Positions 44,624 to 53,482 of a stretch of 64,000 nt of DNA are shown here, piece by piece. This DNA is from Patescibacteria group bacterium (GTDB lineage: Bacteria; Patescibacteriota; CPR2; UBA1875; CAIMLA01): NCBI GenBank assembly GCA_041738615.1, contig JBGSPL010000004.1, positions 129,203 to 193,202 of the forward strand. Direction: 5' to 3'. A model generated the notes under the pieces. The model saw only the letters and a program-made list of their open reading frames with translations. It was not told the DNA's origin and searched no databases. Numbering within the stretch: position 1 is the stretch's first letter; every line of letters starts with the position of its first letter. Position numbers and translations under genes: made by a program.

Positions 44624-47600
44624 TTGGCACAAAGGCCACGATTCCTGAAAGCTAGAAGCTATTGCAAGAAAGCAGTAAGTGCATGTTCTGCTATATTTGG
44701 ATTGGCTATAGTTCGGGCTCTTACCTTCTTCATCGACAAGGCTCGGGTGTGGCGCTTTGAACTGACGTACAAGCTTCACCTCAAGGTTCGCTCAGTACAT
44801 GACAACTTGGTAGTGAAGAACGTTATTTATCGTAAGGTTACGGAAAATAAGTATGCAGTGCCGGTGCGAAATGCTACAGCTTCTGCCTTTGTTGTATCTC
44901 TAATGCTGTTTACTACTATTCAATATATATTGCCACAGTTCAATCTATTAGCTCCAGGTCAAGTTTATGCCGGGTCAAATAATAAGACGTGGACAACCAA
45001 AGCAGACTTCGAAACCGCAGCAACAAATGCGGGAGTGACAATCGGGGGTGATAATGACGCGAATGATGCAAATAACAACGATAATACTAAGCTTCAGGCT
45101 ACTTCAAACTGGTCCCAACCGTCTAACCCAACGGCTGGCACGGACACCACGTATTCTACTGCCGTGGATGGCGAATTTGTTTATATAGGTGGATTACAAT
45201 ATGTGGGCCAAGCTCCAGATTTAATTAATGGTGATTATCAGTGGAGAATTGAAAAGAGAAATATATCAGACGGTACTTTGGTGTGGGCCCAGACAGAGAA
45301 TAACGGTGGTTACTATGACTATGTAAAGGATATATTCGTTTCAGGGAGTTCGCTCTACTTAGTGGGTATCGGTTCAGGGGCAAGTAATAATGATACAAAA
45401 TGGGTAATAGAAAAAAGGAATATCTCAGATGGTGGATTAGCTTGGACACGGACTTACAATCCTTCAACTGGAAACGATGTCCCAATGTCAGGGGCTACTG
45501 ATGGATCCTGGATATATGTGGGGGGTCTCGATAACTCTATGTCTAATAACCCCGCTTGGCGGCTAGAAAAAATCTCCTCAGTGGATGGTTCTTTATCAAC
45601 AGCTGTTACGGTTGATATCAGTACTGGCGTGACTTCGTACGAGTCCATCACTGGTGTTGCTGTGTCCGGTGGGTACGTTTATATAGGTGGATACGGTGGT
45701 TCTGCGAGTAATTCCTTTGGGAGAATACAGAAAAGAAATTCGAGTAACCTGGCTTTGACAATTGGTACATGGACTGTTGACTCGGACCCAACCACCGGTA
45801 ATGATGGCATACAGGATTTAATTATTGACGGTAGTTTTTTATACGTTGGCGGTTATTCAGGTGCCAATTATAGATACGAAAAACGTAACATGACTACCGG
45901 GGCCCTTGTTTACGGCCAGAATATCACACCAACAGGAACGAATCCTAATGTTAATATGATGACCTCGGACGGAACATATTTTTATACTTCCGCAAGTTCA
46001 ATAGGGACATTCCCTACCTATTACTACATTATTGAGAAGAGGCTTCTCTCGGACGCCTCTCTTGTCTGGACGATTACTGGTAAGCCATGTCGCGGAATAA
46101 CTTTTTCCAACTCAAGCCTTTTTACGGCTGTTACCAACACTGGTGGAGGAGGTGATTGGCTTACGGAGAGAATGTCAGATGCCAATGGCTCGGTAACAGC
46201 CTTTAATACCCCTGGTAACCTAGGTTCGAGTGTTACATCCGCGGTTGGTCTCCGTTATGATTCAGGAATTGGTAATACCGCTAAGGCGTCTACGATTTCG
46301 TTGACAGGCACAACGGCCTCGAACAACCAGAAGGTAAAGCTCAAGGTTCGTTCTGGTGATACTCAAGGAGAACTAGACACCTCTTTCTGCTATGGTCCAA
46401 CCTCCACAGGTTCTGGCTGTAGCGATTGGAGTACGGCGGGATCATTCTTTTATCAACAGCGAGTAGCGGGCGTAGAGACCTCTTCGACGACCGGTATATT
46501 AAATACAATCCCAGCCAAAAGATTTATAGAAGTTCTAGTTCGTCTAGAATCAGACGGATCGAATACACCTGTCTTAGACAGAGTTGATCTGGGGTATAAC
46601 TATCTCGACGCCCCAATTGCCCAGTTAGCGAAGAGACTTAGCGGCACAACCGACATACCTTATGACACTTACACTAATGAATCAGGATTTGTTGAAAAAT
46701 ATTTCGCCCAAGGCTTTAACAGCGGGGAAACACTTTATCCAGAAATTGAAGTAGTGTCTCAAGGTGCGTCATTTACTGGCACTGGCACAGTTGGCCCAGG
46801 AGTTTTGTTAACCCCAGGAAATTATGCTAATCCTGTGGAACTTGCTGTTACTAAGAACGGATTAGCTCCAGGCAATTATAAATTTAAGGTTCGGACCTCC
46901 GACTCCACGGGGCGCATAAGTGCATGGTCTACAAACGAAGTACTTTTCCGTATCGAACAAGAACTGCCTACCGGTTCAGTTACCATTGGCGGGTCAAATG
47001 TCACGGGCGGATATGCGAAGTCGAGAAATGTAGTTCTTAGCTCGACGGTTAACGACACAGGGGGCTCAGGTCTGGGACAGATGCAATTTGCAAATAAACC
47101 CGCAATTGATGGGGACCCCCTAGTTTGGTCAGGGTGGGAACCGTATAGTACTAGCAGGGTTTGGGCACTTTCAGCTGGAAATGGGGCAAAAACTGTCTAC
47201 GCCCAATATCGGGATAATGCAGGAAATGTAACTAATACCTGGGCACAGACTAGCCAGGCTGATTTTCAAGGCGGACAAACCTCAGGGAACGCCAGTGTTA
47301 CTAATACCCCCGGAACTATCAAGCTAGTAGGAGGAGTGCAGACCACTATAATAAGGCCAAACGGTCCTGGAAACTATAGCCAATGGTCGCAGAATCCGGC
47401 AACGGGGCAAAACTGGGACAAGGTTGATGAGGTTGTAAATAACCAGGGGGATTATGTACTTGGAGGCGGTAAGGACCTCTATAATTTGCAGGATCCCGCC
47501 CTAAGCAACGTAACAATTACAGGAGTTAACATCTACGCAGACGCTTTCGGCTCGGATGATTGCGGAGGTTGTTCGTCGTTGATTTCTTTCGGTATCTATG

Positions 47601-50600
47601 ACGGTTCGGGTGAGTGGTTCTCTACAGGAGTGGAGAACTCGGGGAGTCCGCTCGGCAATTTTGGCTCGTTAACGAATCCTCGTACCGGACTGGCTTGGAC
47701 TCTATCCCAAATCAATAGTTTACAGATTGGTTTGCTTAGCAGCGGGTCCTCAGCAATTCTTTATCAGATATATGCCGAAGTCTCATATATTCCTTCGTCT
47801 CTCTCTGGAAATTTCGCATCATTCGTAAAAGACAACGCTAGTGCTCAACATTTTGAAAATATCTCCTGGTCGGCGGATGTTCCAACACAGGCAGGTGCCG
47901 ATGCCTTACGTTTCCAGGTAGCAGCCAACAATGATAACACCACCTGGAACTATGTAGGACCTGATGGGACGAGTGGGACATACTTCACAACCAGCGGTAC
48001 CCAGATACCTACAAGTCTGAATGGTAATCAATATATCAGGTATAAGGCTTATCTCCAGTCGGCAGATTCCGCCTATACCCCCGTTATTTATGACGTATCT
48101 ATAGGAGTAACTACTGGTATTTCGGCTGCTGTCACGCTAGACGCTACCGCTCCAACAGGCACCGCTACTATCAATGCCGGTAATCCGACCTATGCAACAA
48201 ATCGCGCTGTAACGATGATTCTCGATGCCTCGGACGTGGGTACTGGTCTCAAGGACTTCCAGCTCTCGAACGACGGCGTCACCTGGGGCGCAGCTACCGA
48301 CGCGAATGGGGCAATCACAAATAGTGGTTGGCAGACTTGGGACGAGGCATACAAAACTACTGGTTACAGCGGAAGCTGGTCGTTGCTAGCGGGATTGGAT
48401 GGTCCTCGCAAGGTCTACGCGAGATTTAGGGATCTAGCGCTTAACATCGGAGGAGACTACTATCCAAACTGGATAGACGGCACAGGTACTATAAATAACA
48501 TCCAGGTTTACAATGCAAATGAAGCGACTAAAAAACAGTGGGGACCAGTTTCGGCTTGTCCAGGCCCGCAGTGTACGACAGTCACAGACGCTTACTGGGG
48601 TGATGGTAATGGTCTCTCAGCTGATAATAGTCTAGATTATTCTGCTTACCCGGCACGAGCTGCATGTCAGATTGTTGGCGGAAGACTGCCAACATTTGGT
48701 GAACTTGAGGGGATGTATGCCAATCAATCTAGTTACGGGCAAGCCTTTAATCAGGATGATTTTTTCTGGACCTCTATGGAATATGACTTAAATTCTTCGA
48801 ATGCGAGAGGATTTAAATTTTCCAACGAAGCGTCCTCGGCCACACCGAAAAACTACTCTTACTATGTTCGTTGTGTACGAGATTTAACACCTGCCGTTAT
48901 AGCTATTTCGGACAATGTCACTCTCGATATGACACTACCTACTACGGCTCTCATCGCCGATCCCGTAACAAACGATGGCTCAAATGGCTGGTACAAGACA
49001 AATCCGACTATCACTCTGACGGCAACAAAGAACGGCTCGGGCGTAGGTATAGAGAACGTGTTGTATCGTTGGGATAACAGTGACCTAGGATCTGGGACCA
49101 CTACTTATTCGACGCCGTTTGATATGGCCGGTTCCATCGGCCAGGGGACACACACCTTGTACTATAGGTCCAAGGACTTCGCTGGACACGTGGAAGGCAC
49201 GCAACAGCAACTCTTCAAGCTCGACACTACTTTACCTACAACGGGATACTCTATAGGAACCCCAAATGGTGCAAATGGTTGGTTCGTTGATACTGCACCA
49301 CAAATCACGCTTTCGCCTTCTGATGCCGGCGGCGGTAGTGCCTCTGGTATCGCAAGCACCAAGTACCAATGGGACAGCACAAGTGGCAATTGGACCACGG
49401 GTACAAGTGTCACGGCGATAACCGGCGACCATGTGCTCTACTACTATTCCACTGATACCGCCGGAAACGATGAGGTACAGATCGAACATCAACAGATTAA
49501 GTTTGATAATGGTAAGCCCCTAACCCCAACAGATTTTCGTGCACCGCTCAACGAATCGTCTACAAACATCATAGTTCTGCATTGGGATGCGGCGTTAGAT
49601 GGCGGTGGCTCAGGAGCCGTAGATTATCAGATACGTCGAAAGAAAGATTCAATCCTTTCCTGGAATGATGCGAGCGTTTGGACTTCTGGGCAGCTAGGTA
49701 ACGTACAGGTGTACTCCGACAACGCAGGTCTTGATGCTGGTTTCAAGTACAATTATCAGATTCGGGCCACGGACCTTGCAGGTAACTTAGCAGACTGGCC
49801 GGGTGACGGGGTAAAGACGGATGGTTATACTATAGACAACGTTCCACCTTCGACACCTAGTGCTGTGGTGGCAACAGTCTGTGATGGTACGGTGCAGAAA
49901 TGTAGCGATGTTAACAATCGTGGCTCTGAGATCAGACTCACCTGGACGATATCTAACGATACTGGACTCGGTATGGGCCCCGACGCTGAGGGCAAGATAG
50001 GCCACTACAAAATCTGGCGTTCTGTGACCGGGAGCGGTGTTGAAAACGAGTGGGTTTTGGTCGGTGTGGTTGACGGAAGCAGTGGTCAGCAAACAATTTG
50101 GTATGACAACAATGACAATAATGCCGCTACCTACAACATTGGAGTTTATCCTGTAACGGATCAAAGAAGTGGACAGCCGGCTGGTAAGACCTCTATTTCA
50201 ACGGGCCTAAACGACTACACGCAGTACTACTATAGAATTACAGCACTTGATCTTATTAACAATGAGAGTGATCTCTTTCCACCGTTCTTTCCAGACCCAG
50301 ATATCAACAAAAACGGCAATACCGCTATCACTCCAGATATTACTCCGCCGACAAACCCAAGCGCAGTTACAGCGACCGCCCTGGGTCTTGATGGTAGTGA
50401 TCTAAATAATCCAAACATTGGCCATCAACGAATTTCTGTAAACTGGGCAGCATCGGTAGATTGCAAGGCCTTGGTTACTAACTGTACCCAAGCGACGCCA
50501 AACATAGATCGGGGTAGTGGCAATGTGTCCTATAAAGTATATCGTTCCACAACGAATTATCTCGACGAAGCAGATTGGCTCACTAGTGGTACCCTAGTAA

Positions 50601-53380
50601 CGACGACAGCCGCAGAAACCTATGAAGACAATGGCCTCGCCGACACGACGACCTACTATTACCGCGTTATAGCCATGGATGCCAGTACGAATACTTCTGG
50701 ATTTTCAAGCGTCGATCCAAACTCGAGTGCTAGAACCTATAATTCCGATGTTCCATCGGCTCCGATTGAGGTTCAGGTATCCTCCCTAAAGGGAGATACT
50801 ACGGCAGACGCTTCGGTCGGGCATAAAATCACGGTGAACTTCAAGGGAAGCAATAGTAAGGGTGACCAGATTGTTCGATATGAAGTTTATCGTTACAAAA
50901 ATGATACAAACAACCTCACGGCTGCAGAGTGGCTAGATCCAACAAAGACTACTAAGTTGAAGCTGAGCAGTGCTGGAGGCTGCGGCTCTGGTTGTCTGGC
51001 ATTTACGGCTGGTAGTACGGGAAGTGATATTTCCATCACGCCAAATCAGGCCGACAGAGATAATCAGTACCAGATAGTAGATACGGGCCTCGTTGACGGT
51101 GCTACTTACTTCTATCGAGTTCGAGCTCAGGATAATGCGAATGTACCAAATCAACCAGACCAGAGTAACCGCTTTGGGCCACTTTCTAGCATCACCTCAC
51201 TGAATTCCGGTGGCGCAAATAAGTTCGGTTGGGACATCACTCCAGATGCAACAGCGCCTACCTGGAGCCTTACACCGACTGTCCAGTCCGGTCCGGCAAA
51301 ATTGAGAATCAAGGACATCAATGGAGACGGAGTATTCTACCTGCGTAATATTGTTACTTGGGAACGTATCCCGACCTCTTATCGTGGTATCGCGAACGAT
51401 TTCCGAGAATATAAGATATATCGCTCTATGGATGGCGTCGTCTGGGATCAGATAAAGGTCTCGGGGAATAATCCTCTCTATGATGCAGATCAAAACAAGG
51501 CGATGGCAAACAATTTTTATATCGATTACATCTCGGAGGTCGAGGCTCTTGCAACAAAAAATGCAGGCAGAACCTATCGATATGCTGTGACCGCCCTAGA
51601 TGACGCTGCCGAGAATTTCCGATACGCCGACAACACTCCGGTAAACGGTGTAAACGGCACATTCTATTCGAATGAGACAAAAATCGATAAGTTGGCGAGT
51701 TCGGTTGACCTAAACCCAATCGTGGCAACACCTCACATCGAGACGGTTGTTGCTCAGAAGTTACCTCGTTTTGCAGATGTTGGAGTTTCCGAGGCTACGA
51801 TTACTTGGTATACCGATCAGCGGACCGATTCTGTGGTAGAATACCGCAAGGCCACCCCCGACGCAGCAATCTCCGGCGATGATAAGTGGGTGACTGTAGG
51901 GGATAGAGCACAGAAGGATCCAACGGAGATGCACTCGGTCAAGCTGATAGCGCTCAAGCCGACAACGCAATACTATTACCGCATTATTTCCAGAAACTTC
52001 TTGGGGAACGAGGCGATGTTGGCCTCCGACCCAGGTAATGATAATTACTCCACGGTACTTCCAGGACTTACCACTTCTGGCTTTACTATTACACCGGGAA
52101 ATACAGTCTCTACGACATCAACCACCGAAGTCACATGGAGCACTAATCTGGACGCTTCCTCCGCTTTTGTTGAGTATCAGTTGCAGAGACATGGTGGTGA
52201 TGAACCACAGGGCGGAACTGCTGGTGTAGACCCAGAAGCCTTATCTGCAAGTCCTAGAAACCACCGGGTGATCATCAAGGGCCTCAGGTCTGATCGCACA
52301 TATACTTATAAGGTTAAGTCCATCAGTAAAGATGGCTACCTTGCGGAGTACCCTGCCGGTGAATTTGCAAACTTCAAGACCAAAGCCTTCGACTCGGCCC
52401 AGTTTACTCTAGCTCCAGCCAGCTCGAATGTTGCTGAGCGTAACATTACGGCCACTACGGCTCAGATCGTTTGGCAGACCGGCAACGAAACTACGTCGTG
52501 GGTAGACTATAGTACAACCTCTGGCGTTTATGACGTCTCTGCAGGCAACAACAACATGGCCACGACCCATGTAGTCGTTATCGAGGGCCTGATACCTGGC
52601 ACCAAGTACTATTATCGAGTACGTGTGAAAGACGCCAACGAAGTAGAGTATACTTCGCAGGAATACAGCTTCACCGCTGTCCTGAAGCCGAAGATTAGCA
52701 ATATGACGGTAAAGAACATCACTCCATACTCGGTAACTATCGCTTGGGAAACTAATGTTGACACGGAAACCATTGTTAACTGGGGTACTAGCACTGCCTA
52801 TGGCGAAAAGAGGGGCAAGAACGGTGTCTCTAAGGTTCATGAGCTTGTGATAGATAATCTGATCGACAACCAAGAGTATCACTACCAAATCCTTGCCAAG
52901 GATGAGGCTGGGAACGAAGTTGCCGATACCGACAAGCTAGTCCGTACCCCACTCGATACCGAAGGGCCCAAGATTACTAATGCCAAGACCGACATCCTCC
53001 CTATGGGTGAGAATGACACAACCGCATCAGTAATCATCTCCTGGAATACCAATAAACCAGCTAGTACGCTCGTCGAGTACGACGAAGGTATCATCGGCGG
53101 TAACTATGCTAACAGATCTGTAGAGGACACCTCACTAAATACCTCACATACTGTTATCGTAAAGAACCTAAAGCCAGCATCCTCATTCCATTACCGTATG
53201 GTCTCTGCAGATAAACGCAACAACATTACGCAGTCGCAGGACTACACCTTCGTAACTCCTACCAAGGAAAAATCGATCCTTCAGCTCATCCTGAAGTCAC
53301 TCGAGGACACCTTTGCCTGGACCAAGAATCTGAACCAATTCTTCGGAAACGTCGGCAAGAGAATCACCGGTCAGAAGTAA
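44624..53380 (+). CDS. Giant surface protein paralog 1 (2918 aa)
   Basis: TTG start after a GAGGGAGGG SD, then a basic cytoplasmic N-terminus and a TM helix (ASAFVVSLMLFTTIQYILP). Seven blade repeats (WRIEKRNISDGTLVW...YVYIGG) follow. It also has repeated Ig-like modules ending ...KTVYAQYRDNAGN, a DUF1566-like lectin domain (...FFWTSMEY...YYVRCVRD), many FN3 domains (YYYRV.A.D.AGN.S) and a C-terminal tail identical to paralog 2. Confidence 0.75.
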   Translation: MAQRPRFLKARSYCKKAVSACSAIFGLAIVRALTFFIDKARVWRFELTYKLHLKVRSVHDNLVVKNVIYRKVTENKYAVPVRNATASAFVVSLMLFTTIQYILPQFNLLAPGQVYAGSNNKTWTTKADFETAATNAGVTIGGDNDANDANNNDNTKLQATSNWSQPSNPTAGTDTTYSTAVDGEFVYIGGLQYVGQAPDLINGDYQWRIEKRNISDGTLVWAQTENNGGYYDYVKDIFVSGSSLYLVGIGSGASNNDTKWVIEKRNISDGGLAWTRTYNPSTGNDVPMSGATDGSWIYVGGLDNSMSNNPAWRLEKISSVDGSLSTAVTVDISTGVTSYESITGVAVSGGYVYIGGYGGSASNSFGRIQKRNSSNLALTIGTWTVDSDPTTGNDGIQDLIIDGSFLYVGGYSGANYRYEKRNMTTGALVYGQNITPTGTNPNVNMMTSDGTYFYTSASSIGTFPTYYYIIEKRLLSDASLVWTITGKPCRGITFSNSSLFTAVTNTGGGGDWLTERMSDANGSVTAFNTPGNLGSSVTSAVGLRYDSGIGNTAKASTISLTGTTASNNQKVKLKVRSGDTQGELDTSFCYGPTSTGSGCSDWSTAGSFFYQQRVAGVETSSTTGILNTIPAKRFIEVLVRLESDGSNTPVLDRVDLGYNYLDAPIAQLAKRLSGTTDIPYDTYTNESGFVEKYFAQGFNSGETLYPEIEVVSQGASFTGTGTVGPGVLLTPGNYANPVELAVTKNGLAPGNYKFKVRTSDSTGRISAWSTNEVLFRIEQELPTGSVTIGGSNVTGGYAKSRNVVLSSTVNDTGGSGLGQMQFANKPAIDGDPLVWSGWEPYSTSRVWALSAGNGAKTVYAQYRDNAGNVTNTWAQTSQADFQGGQTSGNASVTNTPGTIKLVGGVQTTIIRPNGPGNYSQWSQNPATGQNWDKVDEVVNNQGDYVLGGGKDLYNLQDPALSNVTITGVNIYADAFGSDDCGGCSSLISFGIYDGSGEWFSTGVENSGSPLGNFGSLTNPRTGLAWTLSQINSLQIGLLSSGSSAILYQIYAEVSYIPSSLSGNFASFVKDNASAQHFENISWSADVPTQAGADALRFQVAANNDNTTWNYVGPDGTSGTYFTTSGTQIPTSLNGNQYIRYKAYLQSADSAYTPVIYDVSIGVTTGISAAVTLDATAPTGTATINAGNPTYATNRAVTMILDASDVGTGLKDFQLSNDGVTWGAATDANGAITNSGWQTWDEAYKTTGYSGSWSLLAGLDGPRKVYARFRDLALNIGGDYYPNWIDGTGTINNIQVYNANEATKKQWGPVSACPGPQCTTVTDAYWGDGNGLSADNSLDYSAYPARAACQIVGGRLPTFGELEGMYANQSSYGQAFNQDDFFWTSMEYDLNSSNARGFKFSNEASSATPKNYSYYVRCVRDLTPAVIAISDNVTLDMTLPTTALIADPVTNDGSNGWYKTNPTITLTATKNGSGVGIENVLYRWDNSDLGSGTTTYSTPFDMAGSIGQGTHTLYYRSKDFAGHVEGTQQQLFKLDTTLPTTGYSIGTPNGANGWFVDTAPQITLSPSDAGGGSASGIASTKYQWDSTSGNWTTGTSVTAITGDHVLYYYSTDTAGNDEVQIEHQQIKFDNGKPLTPTDFRAPLNESSTNIIVLHWDAALDGGGSGAVDYQIRRKKDSILSWNDASVWTSGQLGNVQVYSDNAGLDAGFKYNYQIRATDLAGNLADWPGDGVKTDGYTIDNVPPSTPSAVVATVCDGTVQKCSDVNNRGSEIRLTWTISNDTGLGMGPDAEGKIGHYKIWRSVTGSGVENEWVLVGVVDGSSGQQTIWYDNNDNNAATYNIGVYPVTDQRSGQPAGKTSISTGLNDYTQYYYRITALDLINNESDLFPPFFPDPDINKNGNTAITPDITPPTNPSAVTATALGLDGSDLNNPNIGHQRISVNWAASVDCKALVTNCTQATPNIDRGSGNVSYKVYRSTTNYLDEADWLTSGTLVTTTAAETYEDNGLADTTTYYYRVIAMDASTNTSGFSSVDPNSSARTYNSDVPSAPIEVQVSSLKGDTTADASVGHKITVNFKGSNSKGDQIVRYEVYRYKNDTNNLTAAEWLDPTKTTKLKLSSAGGCGSGCLAFTAGSTGSDISITPNQADRDNQYQIVDTGLVDGATYFYRVRAQDNANVPNQPDQSNRFGPLSSITSLNSGGANKFGWDITPDATAPTWSLTPTVQSGPAKLRIKDINGDGVFYLRNIVTWERIPTSYRGIANDFREYKIYRSMDGVVWDQIKVSGNNPLYDADQNKAMANNFYIDYISEVEALATKNAGRTYRYAVTALDDAAENFRYADNTPVNGVNGTFYSNETKIDKLASSVDLNPIVATPHIETVVAQKLPRFADVGVSEATITWYTDQRTDSVVEYRKATPDAAISGDDKWVTVGDRAQKDPTEMHSVKLIALKPTTQYYYRIISRNFLGNEAMLASDPGNDNYSTVLPGLTTSGFTITPGNTVSTTSTTEVTWSTNLDASSAFVEYQLQRHGGDEPQGGTAGVDPEALSASPRNHRVIIKGLRSDRTYTYKVKSISKDGYLAEYPAGEFANFKTKAFDSAQFTLAPASSNVAERNITATTAQIVWQTGNETTSWVDYSTTSGVYDVSAGNNNMATTHVVVIEGLIPGTKYYYRVRVKDANEVEYTSQEYSFTAVLKPKISNMTVKNITPYSVTIAWETNVDTETIVNWGTSTAYGEKRGKNGVSKVHELVIDNLIDNQEYHYQILAKDEAGNEVADTDKLVRTPLDTEGPKITNAKTDILPMGENDTTASVIISWNTNKPASTLVEYDEGIIGGNYANRSVEDTSLNTSHTVIVKNLKPASSFHYRMVSADKRNNITQSQDYTFVTPTKEKSILQLILKSLEDTFAWTKNLNQFFGNVGKRITGQK

Positions 53381-53406
53381 ATCAATAACCTTACTAAAGA
53401 TTCCCT

Positions 53407-53432
53407 AAAACAAGCACTTTTGTGCTTGTTTT
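53407..53432 (+). terminator. Intrinsic terminator, copy 2 of the repeated hairpin motif
   Basis: ACAAGCAC-tttt-GTGCTTGT followed by TTTTAG. Confidence 0.65.
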
Positions 53433-53482
53433 AGGGACGGAATGAGCTTAAAATTAATACATAACCATAAGAGGGAGGGAGC

